Assembly: GCA_050012815.1 (NCBI GenBank)
Contig: JBEKGL010000001.1
Coordinates: forward strand, 1 to 28,308
Length of the DNA: 28,308 bases
Direction: 5' to 3'
Source: Thermoguttaceae bacterium
GTDB lineage: Bacteria > Planctomycetota > Planctomycetia > Pirellulales > Thermoguttaceae
Part shown: positions 15,282 through 23,374 of the stretch, in pieces
How positions within the stretch are numbered: position 1 is the stretch's first letter
Layout: each line of letters opens with the position of its first letter
Made by a program: the position numbers and the translations under genes
Notes under the pieces: model-generated
Told to the model about the DNA's origin: nothing
Seen by the model: the letters and a program-made list of their open reading frames with translations, nothing else
Database searches by the model: none

Positions 15282-17363
15282 TTATTTCCTCCGTGGCCTG
15301 GCATAAGTAACAAACAATGCAAAGCAGGCGGTTGCCAACAACACCCAAGCGCCCGGCTCGGGCACGGGAGTAATTGTACCGCCAAGCGACCCGCTGGCAA
15401 TCGCCTGGATGGTGACTGTAGCGCCGCTGCCGATGGTTAAAGAATTCTGAGAGATCGATGTTGCCGTCAGGCTTGCGCCGGAATCGAGTTGCGTGGTTCC
15501 GCTGCCGGAGATATCGCCCACTGTATGCGGGCCGTTGGCCACCTCAAACAATGTCGAGGCGGCGGTGTAAATATCCAAATCGCTCTTGCTCACGGTTGTT
15601 GTCTTCAAAATGGCGGTGCCCGATTCGATGTCAAGAAGCTTCGTGCCTCCGGCGCCGATCCCGCCGGTAAATACTAGTGCGCCGCCGTTGACTGTGGTAT
15701 TGCCGCCATAAATTGCCGTGGCACTAAGCGTCAGCGTGCCGGAGCCGAGTTTATTCAGTCCGCCCGAGCCGGACAGCACGCCGGAAAGAGTGACGGCATA
15801 GCCCGCGGTATCGAAGTTGGCGTTGCCGCCGGTCCCGGTCAGCGTCATGGGCAAAGAAGAGCTGAAGGCGGCGCCAGCCTGTAATGTGCCGCCGCCGAAA
15901 TTGAAGGCGGCGGTGCCGGGACCTTGGTTTTGGTAAGGGGAACCTTGGATAATTGAGTGAGTAACGAGTGTACCGCCGTTTAGATTATATGTGCCGTTGG
16001 AGCCGGAATAGTAACCAAGATAGAAACTCGACGAGATTGTATTCATTCCACCGGTCTGGGTAAATGTTCCAGTACCGGAACTGCCGAGATACACGAATGA
16101 TGCGGAATTGCTTCCCCCGTCTTGAGTGAACGTTCCCGTGCCTGAGTCACCAATAGTCTCATAGTCGGCGGACAACTGTCCAGTGCCGCTCAGATTATAC
16201 GTGCCGCTGCTAGAGGCAGAACTCGCGCCAAGAATGAGAAAAGACGAGATTGTATTCGTTCCGCCGGTCTGCGTGAAGATTCCCGTGCCGGAAAAGCCAA
16301 GCCAGAGATAAGAGCTTGTATTCATTCCGCCGGTCTGCGTGAAGGTTCCAGTGCCGCCACAGCCGATATACTCAGAGTCTGCGGACAATTTCCCGGTTCC
16401 GCTCAGATTATACGTGCCGCTGGAGCCGGAATTATAGCCAAGATAGAGATACGAACCGATGGAATTCGTTCCGCCGGTCTGCTTAAATGTACCAATTCCG
16501 GAATATCCGATATATTCGATTGATGTAGAATTGTTTCCCCCATCTTGCGTGAAAGTGCTTGAGTAATCAATATACTCGTAGCGGGCGGACAAATATCCCG
16601 TGCCGCTTAAATTGTATCTGCCGCTGGAGCCAGGAGCGTTGCCAAGATAGAGAGGACACGGCGCGCTAAAATTCAATAAATTCGAGATAGAATTCGTTCC
16701 TCCGGTCTGAGTAAATGTTCCAGTTCCGTAATAGCCGATATATTCGAACGAAGCGGTCAAATATCCCGGGTCGCTTAGCGTATAAGAGCCGGTGGCGCCG
16801 GAATTGTAGCCCAGATAGATACCTGATCCCGACGCGATTGAATGCCATCCGCCGGTCTGAGTAAACGTTCCCCTGCCGTAGTCGCCGATAATCTCTTCGT
16901 TTACCAACAATGAACCCGTGCCGCTAAGGTTATAAGTGCCGCTTGCGCCTGATTCGGAGCCAAGATCGAGTATATTATTGTTGACCGCATTGGTACCCGC
17001 CGATTGAGTGAATGTTCCCGTGCCTGTGTAACCAATATAATCCTCCTCCTGGACAGACAAATCACCGGCGGTCATCTTAACTGTTCCAGAGGATGGGCCG
17101 CCGAGATAAAGGTTCATGCAGGTTTCGCCTGATAGGGTAATGTTTGCCGTTCCGCCGTTGAAGATCCAGGCGTCGTCGGTACTGGTGGGCACGGTTCCGC
17201 CCCAATAGGCGGCTGTTGACCAATTTCCTGGGCTGATGTGGTTCCAATATAGCTCGTTAGCGAACGTCAGTGACGAACTTATAAGCAGGATTACTGCCGC
17301 TAGCAACCCGCGCAATACAAGACTGCGATAGGTGAATTTCTCCGGAAGTTGTTTACCCGACAT
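15282..17363 (-). CDS. PEP-CTERM surface protein B (693 aa), paralog of A
   Basis: Near-identical signal peptide (MSGKQLPEKF.YRSLVLRGLL), same repeat units, GGLNKLGSGTLTLS repeat and VPEPGAWVLLATAC sorting signal. GGAGG RBS. Confidence 0.92.
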   Translation of the reverse strand: MSGKQLPEKFTYRSLVLRGLLAAVILLISSSLTFANELYWNHISPGNWSTAAYWGGTVPTSTDDAWIFNGGTANITLSGETCMNLYLGGPSSGTVKMTAGDLSVQEEDYIGYTGTGTFTQSAGTNAVNNNILDLGSESGASGTYNLSGTGSLLVNEEIIGDYGRGTFTQTGGWHSIASGSGIYLGYNSGATGSYTLSDPGYLTASFEYIGYYGTGTFTQTGGTNSISNLLNFSAPCPLYLGNAPGSSGRYNLSGTGYLSARYEYIDYSSTFTQDGGNNSTSIEYIGYSGIGTFKQTGGTNSIGSYLYLGYNSGSSGTYNLSGTGKLSADSEYIGCGGTGTFTQTGGMNTSSYLWLGFSGTGIFTQTGGTNTISSFLILGASSASSSGTYNLSGTGQLSADYETIGDSGTGTFTQDGGSNSASFVYLGSSGTGTFTQTGGMNTISSSFYLGYYSGSNGTYNLNGGTLVTHSIIQGSPYQNQGPGTAAFNFGGGTLQAGAAFSSSLPMTLTGTGGNANFDTAGYAVTLSGVLSGSGGLNKLGSGTLTLSATAIYGGNTTVNGGALVFTGGIGAGGTKLLDIESGTAILKTTTVSKSDLDIYTAASTLFEVANGPHTVGDISGSGTTQLDSGASLTATSISQNSLTIGSGATVTIQAIASGSLGGTITPVPEPGAWVLLATACFALFVTYARPRRK

Positions 17364-17453
17364 GACAAACCTCCCTAAAAAAGTTGCGTTGGCGAATTAC
17401 TGGAAAGTAAAATATATGTTTAAATCTACAAAAAACTCGGAACAGCAACTATC

Positions 17454-17623
17454 TTCATCACGAAAGCAGGAAACAACGAAAACACGAAATCAAGACCTTC
17501 AATTCCTTTTCGTGATTTCGCTCTTTCGAGTTTTCGTGGTAAATTATAATTCCGCGTTTCGCTGCAAATGGAGAAACCGGTACCGACTATTATTCTTTTT
17601 TCGGGGTGACACACTCCGGCTCT
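17454..17623. repeat. Hairpin repeat, copy 3 of 3 (5' leader of gene B)
   Basis: TTCATCACGAAAGCAGGAAACAACGAAAACACGAAATCAAGACCTTCAATTC is shared exactly with copy 2. Confidence 0.88.
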
Positions 17624-17641
17624 GCCTTTATATGATTGTCT

Positions 17642-17769
17642 TGTAGGATGACTTTTTAATTCGCCCTACGGTGGGACGGATTTAAAATCCGTCCTACAAC
17701 AGAACCTTATGCAGTTCGTGCGATGCGGAAACATTGTAGAAGTGTGTTGCCACGGAGGAACGTGGGAAC
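17642..17769. repeat. Cluster of REP-like palindromes
   Basis: GTAGG...CCTAC and GTGGGACGGATTTAAAATCCGTCCTAC (17642-17697). GTTGCCACGGAGGAACGTGGGAAC (17746-17769) is a degenerate copy of the 2140-2165 hairpin. Confidence 0.7.
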
Positions 17770-18076
17770 AAAGTACATGTGTTTAGGTAAAAGAGTCATC
17801 CAACTACAAACGCTCCCTGCTGATATAACGCTGTGTAACTCGTTGAACCGTTTTCGGATGAAAGGGCGCTGCCTCTTTGGATTGGATGAAAGAAGTTCAG
17901 AAAACGTTCTTATTATCTACCCCCCCCTCAATAAGTCAATCAAAAAAACACCTTGATTTTAAGGATATTTTCAAAAAATCGTCCTGCTGAGGGGGCGAGG
18001 GGGGTATGGAAAACGCCTGATACTCGCCACATGGATCAGAAAAGCGGCAATGCGTTTTCTAAGCGTATAAGAACCA

Positions 18077-18922
18077 TCAACCGCTGCCCACCGTGGGCTG
18101 ATGGGGCAATCCAGGCATGGGAATGATCGCGGCGGAAATGGGGGCGATGGGCGGGCGCTTTGGAGCGGCTTTGTTGGCCGTGGGCAGCTTGAGCGTGAAG
18201 GCCGTGCCGCGGCCAACGGTGCTGTCCACGCGGATCCGCCCGTGATGGGCTTCGATTATGTCGCGGCACATCGAAAGCCCCAGACCAGTGCCGCCCTTGC
18301 CGCTGGCGTCCGGCCCTTTTTTCGTGGTGAAGAACGAATCAAAAATTTTGGGCAGAACTTCCGGCGGCATGCCGCAGCCGTTGTCGCGGATCACCAAGTC
18401 GATCATATCGTTCTCGGCGTCGTAAAGCAGCTTAATCAACATCCGTCCGCCGTTGGGCATGGCCTGCCTGGCATTGATCAACAGGTTCATCAACACCTGT
18501 TGAATCTGGTTGCCGTTCACATAAGCCTGCGGGACGGCTTGGATTTGCTTTTCGACGACGATGCGGTACTTGTTCATTTCGCGTTCGAGCAATAATAGTG
18601 AGTCCTCGATCAGTTGCTTGAGATCGGTAGGCTCCTGACCGGCCGAGCGATTTCGGGCCATTCCCAGAATAGTGCTGGTTATTTTCGCCGCACGATTGCA
18701 GGCGGTAAGGATTTTTTCAAAACATTTGTCGCGCGTGGGCGTATCTTTGTGGCGTATTCCCATCTTGGCGTAATTCAAAATGGTCGTCAGCACGTTGTTG
18801 AACTCGTGGGTAGTCGTGCCGGCCAGTTCGCCCAGTGCGGTCAATCGGTGGGCCTGGGCAAGTTGCTGCTTGAGGATTTCGATCTGTTCGTGTGGATGGG
18901 AATAATCGTCGCGGCCATTCAT
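18077..18922 (-). CDS. Histidine kinase (HisKA + HATPase_c) lacking a sensor domain
   Basis: LGELAGTTTHEFNN H-box, QVLMNLLINARQAM N-box, DNGCGM G1, FFTTK F-box, GTGLGL G2. Start is ATG 18922 or TTG 18952. Confidence 0.9.
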   Translation of the reverse strand: MNGRDDYSHPHEQIEILKQQLAQAHRLTALGELAGTTTHEFNNVLTTILNYAKMGIRHKDTPTRDKCFEKILTACNRAAKITSTILGMARNRSAGQEPTDLKQLIEDSLLLLEREMNKYRIVVEKQIQAVPQAYVNGNQIQQVLMNLLINARQAMPNGGRMLIKLLYDAENDMIDLVIRDNGCGMPPEVLPKIFDSFFTTKKGPDASGKGGTGLGLSMCRDIIEAHHGRIRVDSTVGRGTAFTLKLPTANKAAPKRPPIAPISAAIIPMPGLPHQPTVGSG

Positions 18923-19168
18923 GGTTTTTGACAGCTCCAAAAGTCTATCCAAAGCGCCCCATTGGTGTGAACATTTCCAGAACGCCTGTTTTCCCCGACC
19001 GCCCCAGTATTGACGTTCTTTCTGTTTTGTTAGAACTTCGCTTCTTAACTCTAAGTGGGATAAAAGGTTAGTCTAGTTGACCGTATCGTCGAACTCGGCT
19101 GGGCAACTGTAGATGAAGACGTTATAATCACGAACCGGCACGGATGTGGGAGATTTGGAGAAGCTGGG

Positions 19169-19429
19169 ATGCACACGGTGGAAATGCTGGAACACGGCCT
19201 TGATCTGGCTTCGCGTCTGGGATACCAAATCCGTCAGGAATATCTCGGCGGCGCCGGGGGCGGCGGCTGCATGTTGCGGGGCAAAAAAATCTTCTTCCTC
19301 GATCTGGCCCTTGACCCAACGGAACAACTGGACAAGGTTCTCGAAGCCCTCCGTCACGACGCCGACGCCCCGCAACTGCCCATGCCGCACCAATTGCGCG
19401 AACTGCTTTGCATAAGAAAGATCGCATGA
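19169..19429 (+). CDS. Small hypothetical protein (86 aa)
   Basis: GGAG RBS 8 nt before the ATG; protein-like composition (LGYQIRQEYLGGAGGGGC...FFLDLAL); lies in an otherwise empty gap. Confidence 0.75.
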   Translation: MHTVEMLEHGLDLASRLGYQIRQEYLGGAGGGGCMLRGKKIFFLDLALDPTEQLDKVLEALRHDADAPQLPMPHQLRELLCIRKIA

Positions 19430-19480
19430 AAGCTATTGAAAAATCAATCTAATCGTAATTGCCATCTTTCTAACAATTCA

Positions 19481-19509
19481 TTGAATTGCTACTCCGCCGA
19501 TATTAAAAT
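19481..19509 (+). promoter_or_regulatory. Predicted sigma70-type promoter of glcF
   Basis: TTGAAT-17 bp-TAAAAT, ending 19 bp before ATG 19529. Confidence 0.5.
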
Positions 19510-19528
19510 GGGGTTGTATCGAACGACC

Positions 19529-20869
19529 ATGAACGAAGAATATCTCAACAACTCGAACTGCCCTGAAAACGGCCGATTGGCTTTCGTCCCAGCCGGCGAC
19601 TTGACGGGCATCGATTTGGAGTTGTTCCGGCGCTGCACTCATTGCGGGCTGTGCACATCGAGCTGTCCGACGTTCGTCGAATTGGGCGATGAAAACGACG
19701 GCCCGCGCGGACGGATCCGGATTATGCGCATGGCGGCCGACGGGCTGTGCGAATTGACCCCGCGCATGCGAAGCCACTTGGAACTCTGCCTTGACTGCCG
19801 CGGGTGCGAAACGGCTTGTCCCTCGGACGTCGAGTTCAGCCGGTTGATCGAGCCTTTGCGCGTGGCGATGAAACAAAACCAAACCAAAATCGAAGATCGT
19901 TACGACTGGTTCCGCGAAATCGTCCTGTTCCGCTTGATTCCGTACGCCGAACGTCTGCGGCGGGCGCTCGTGCCGGTGCGATTTCTCCAGCACGCGGGCA
20001 TTTTCGATTTGGCCGGGCGAATGGGAATTCTGAAAATCATTCCCGGCCGATTGGGGCGCATGGTATCGCTTGTGCCTCAGCCGGTCAGGCAGGGACCGAA
20101 ATTGCCGAAATTCCTCCCGGCCGTCGGGCGACGGCGGGCCCGAGTAGCGTTTTTCACGGGCTGCGTAGCCGATGCCCTGTTCCGGCAGGTGCACTGGGCC
20201 ACGCTCAGGGTGTTGCAGCAAAACGGCTGCGATATTTTCATCCCGCCCGAGCAAGGCTGCTGCGGGGCGATCCATTTTCAATCCGGCGATGCTCTCGGGG
20301 CGCGGCAATTGGCCGACGCCAATCTCGTGGCCTTCGAATTGGACCGCTACGACGCGATTGTGGTCAATCACGCCGGTTGCGGGGCGATGCTAAAACAATA
20401 CGGCGTGCATTGGAAGGACGGTTTGCAGCCGCATCGGGAAAAATTCGCCGCCAAGGTGAAAGACGTGCACGAACTGCTGGACAACTTGGGCCTTGTGCCG
20501 CCCAGCGGACGGATCGACGCCATGGCTACATATCACGATGCCTGCCATCTTGCCCATGCCCAGGGCATCACTGCTGCGCCGCGGCGGATTTTGGCGAAAA
20601 TTCCCGGCCTTCAGTTGCGCGAACTCCCGGAGTCGGATATCTGCTGCGGATCGGCTGGCGCGTATAATCTGCAACAGGCCGCAATGGCCGATCGCCTCGG
20701 ACGGCGCAAAATGCAAAACATCATTAGCACCGGCGCCTCGATCGTACTTGCCGCCAATGCCGGCTGCCTGCTGCAAATCCAGCGCGAGCTGAGCGCCGAT
20801 CATCGCCCGCTAAAAGTCCTGCACCCCATGGAACTGCTCGATCTGAGCTATCGCGGGGAGCAACCATAA
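19529..20869 (+). CDS. glcF: Glycolate oxidase iron-sulfur subunit-like (Fe-S)-binding protein
   Basis: CTHCGLCTSSCPT and CLDCRGCETACPS 4Fe-4S motifs; two CCG domains (FTGCV...GCCGA; YHDACHL...CCGSAGAYN). Confidence 0.85.
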   Translation: MNEEYLNNSNCPENGRLAFVPAGDLTGIDLELFRRCTHCGLCTSSCPTFVELGDENDGPRGRIRIMRMAADGLCELTPRMRSHLELCLDCRGCETACPSDVEFSRLIEPLRVAMKQNQTKIEDRYDWFREIVLFRLIPYAERLRRALVPVRFLQHAGIFDLAGRMGILKIIPGRLGRMVSLVPQPVRQGPKLPKFLPAVGRRRARVAFFTGCVADALFRQVHWATLRVLQQNGCDIFIPPEQGCCGAIHFQSGDALGARQLADANLVAFELDRYDAIVVNHAGCGAMLKQYGVHWKDGLQPHREKFAAKVKDVHELLDNLGLVPPSGRIDAMATYHDACHLAHAQGITAAPRRILAKIPGLQLRELPESDICCGSAGAYNLQQAAMADRLGRRKMQNIISTGASIVLAANAGCLLQIQRELSADHRPLKVLHPMELLDLSYRGEQP

Positions 20870-20873
20870 ATTA

Positions 20874-20894
20874 GGGTTCAGGATTCAGGGTTCA
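20874..20894. repeat. Heptamer tandem repeat GGGTTCA-GGATTCA-GGGTTCA
   Basis: Directly after the glcF stop; reverse-complement type of the GAACCCT repeat at about 1350. Confidence 0.6.
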
Positions 20895-21233
20895 GCACTC
20901 TTCATCTTCCATTACTCATTGACTTGCGGCCTTTGATTTCCGAATTATCTTTAATTCTCCCACCCAACCCCCCATTGGCGAACATTACTCGTCTAATATC
21001 ATAATTACAACGATTGATAAATGGATGATATTGTTTTACATTATGAAACTGCAGGTAGAATTGCATATGTCATCCAAAGGGCAAATATATCTGGGTCCAT
21101 TGGTCTTTTATCCATGGAAATAAAAATATTGGCTGTAGATCAGTATGTCTAAAATCATGCAATTTGAATAATATGTCTGATTAATAGCATATACAAATTA
21201 ATCTTAACAACGTTCTTTTATATGGTGTAAAAA

Positions 21234-22085
21234 ATGATAATATATATAAAAAAAATATTTTTTTTAATTCTTTTTGTTCTGTTGTTGGGATTAAGCTTTG
21301 TTCCATTATATTTTTTAACCTTGCTACTCAAGTCATCTCAACCTCCATCTTCCACACCCAATGATTATTACACCGCAATTGGTGAACTTCTACTCGTTGT
21401 TGTTATCGGACTTGAAGGGGTAATCGCTTTTTGTCATCTTTCACAGGCTCGCAAAGATGCTCAGGAGACAACTTACGCACACATAAAAGAGGCAACAGAT
21501 TCCATCTTTCAGATTTGGTGGAGTGATGGGTTAAATAAATTAAGAAAATACTTTTACAAGGAATTTTTGCCTAAATACCTTGTCAAATTAAAAGACGCCA
21601 GCCTCAAAGAGGTGGAGATAATAGTGGAGGAAGATAAAGGTAGAGCTAGGAAAATTTGCTACTTTTTCGACCGTGTCGGATGGTTAGGTGCTGCAGGTCT
21701 GATCGATGTTGACTATGTACTTGGACCTATGCAACACACCCTTCGTAGGGTGTGGTATACGATGCAGCCCTTTATAAAGAAAGAGCGAGATCGAAAAAAT
21801 AGCACTACGGAATGGCTCGACCCTGTTTACCAGCTTGGGTTTGAATGGCTATTCAACCGAAGTGATAAGCCAGCAAATCACCAATCATCGCTTTTGGCTA
21901 AGCGATTCGCCAAGCCTGAACTATTATCTACGGAAATAATTGAGCAAATGCACAAGGATATTGATGAAGACGAGGACAAGTTTAAGGAGTATTTAAAGAA
22001 ATTAAGGGATATGCAAATGATGCAAGATAAATCTTATGAAAATAATACGATATACTATGCTAATATGCACAGACCTGTTTACTGA
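21234..22085 (+). CDS. AT-rich hypothetical membrane protein, DUF4760-like
   Basis: Two N-terminal hydrophobic helices, then ICYFFDRVGWLGAAGLIDVDY...VWYTMQPFIKKER, resembling the DUF4760 pattern as recalled. Visibly lower GC than its neighbours. Confidence 0.7.
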   Translation: MIIYIKKIFFLILFVLLLGLSFVPLYFLTLLLKSSQPPSSTPNDYYTAIGELLLVVVIGLEGVIAFCHLSQARKDAQETTYAHIKEATDSIFQIWWSDGLNKLRKYFYKEFLPKYLVKLKDASLKEVEIIVEEDKGRARKICYFFDRVGWLGAAGLIDVDYVLGPMQHTLRRVWYTMQPFIKKERDRKNSTTEWLDPVYQLGFEWLFNRSDKPANHQSSLLAKRFAKPELLSTEIIEQMHKDIDEDEDKFKEYLKKLRDMQMMQDKSYENNTIYYANMHRPVY

Positions 22086-22108
22086 CCACCGCCCACTTTC
22101 TTCCACAA

Positions 22109-22136
22109 TTTTCAATTTGCATTTTTCAATTTGCAA
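22109..22136. repeat. Heptamer-period repeat TTTTCAA-TTTGCAT-TTTTCAA-TTTGCAA
   Basis: Lies between two convergent stop codons; a similar motif occurs at 10957-10977. Confidence 0.6.
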
Positions 22137-23087
22137 TCAAACTCGTTCGGAAAATGTCTCAATCTCTAATCGGGCCAATATGTCGCACAATTCGCGCGGG
22201 GTTTGCGGGCGGCGCATGGGGTCCTTGGCCAACATGCTATGGACCAATCGGGCAATGCCGGCGGGCAGGTGCGGGGCTATGCGGCGGAGGTTGGGCGGGA
22301 TGGATTGCTTGTGCTGCGAGGCCAGTTCGGCCATGTCCGCGCCTTCAAACGGCAGGCGACCGGCGAGGATGCGGAACAGGACCGCCCCTAGACTGTAAAT
22401 GTCACTGCGGATGTCGGCCCTGATGGCGGAGGTAAGAAATTCCGGGGCAATGTAATGAAACGTGCCCAGCACGCAGCGGTCCACGGCCGAGCCGGTTTCG
22501 TCCGAGCGCCGGGCGAAACCCAGATCCAAAAGTGTTGCGTGTCCATCGGGCGAGAGCATGATGTTGCCCGGTTTCACATCGCCGTGCATCCAACCGGCCT
22601 TGTGTAGCGCGTCCAGGGCCTCGGCCGCCTGCCGGGCGATCCATAAAACCCGGGGCAGGTCGAAACGCTGACCGGCGGCAAGTCGGCGTTCCAGCGTTGC
22701 CCCTTCGAGCCAGGGCATTACAACGAACCGCGGCGATTGTTGCACGCTCGCATCCAGGATGGGTATCAAATGCGGATGCGAAACGCTTTGCCCGACCAGG
22801 GCCTCGCGCTTTAGCAAGCGAACTGCCTGGGCGTCGTTCTGCCAGGCCGGCAACAGTATTTTTAGCGCGTACGACGGGGGTTGATTGGGTGCGGAGCCGA
22901 CCGGCCGGGCGCGGAAGATTTTTGCCAGTCCCCCTTCGGCCGCAAAGTTTATCAATTCCCACTGCCTTACCCGACAGGGAAAGTTCGACTTTTCCAGGGC
23001 GGGGACGGAAATCGCGGCAATCGGCGGCGTTTGCAGGGTCTGGGTCATTTGAAGTACATACGAACAGGATGAGTCTAACAATAGCAT
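22137..23087 (-). CDS. Hanks-type Ser/Thr protein kinase (cytoplasmic, kinase domain only)
   Basis: YALKIL, REA..LSHPHLI, HGDVKPGNIML, DLGFA, GTFHYIAPE, SDIYSLG, DPMRRP. Start is ATG 23087 or 23048. Confidence 0.92.
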   Translation of the reverse strand: MLLLDSSCSYVLQMTQTLQTPPIAAISVPALEKSNFPCRVRQWELINFAAEGGLAKIFRARPVGSAPNQPPSYALKILLPAWQNDAQAVRLLKREALVGQSVSHPHLIPILDASVQQSPRFVVMPWLEGATLERRLAAGQRFDLPRVLWIARQAAEALDALHKAGWMHGDVKPGNIMLSPDGHATLLDLGFARRSDETGSAVDRCVLGTFHYIAPEFLTSAIRADIRSDIYSLGAVLFRILAGRLPFEGADMAELASQHKQSIPPNLRRIAPHLPAGIARLVHSMLAKDPMRRPQTPRELCDILARLEIETFSERV

Positions 23088-23250
23088 CGGTTGTTAGGGC
23101 GATGGCGGCATACGGGCATTGTTTCCGCCCGTTTTGTTTTCCCCTTTTACTTATTTTAAAAAGTATTGCTATTCCGTTGGCAGACTTTTAGTGTTAAACA
23201 AGATAAGCTAATTAAAGATTGTCGATTGTTCGTTCTATCCAAACCAGGAT

Positions 23251-23333
23251 GCCAGACATTCTTGTCTGCCAAACCAAAACCGGGAGGCCAGACATTCTTG
23301 TCTGGCCATAAACGACAGGCAAGAATGCCTGTC
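23251..23333. repeat. Triplet of REP-like palindromes
   Basis: GCCAGACATTCTTGTCTGCC (23251-23270), GGCCAGACATTCTTGTCTGGCC (23286-23307), GACAGGCAAGAATGCCTGTC (23314-23333). Confidence 0.8.
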
Positions 23334-23374
23334 CTCCTGTTTAAATATCCGTGCAAAATTCAAGGATTATTTTG

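Noticed and set aside
11239-17363. Diversity-generating retroelement acting on the PEP-CTERM repeats
   Set aside because: No reverse transcriptase in the window, and differences between repeat copies are not confined to adenines.
11031-17623. Integron cassette array with attC sites
   Set aside because: The hairpins lack the RYYYAAC/GTTRRRY boxes, no integrase is present, and homology extends through whole leaders as expected for duplication.
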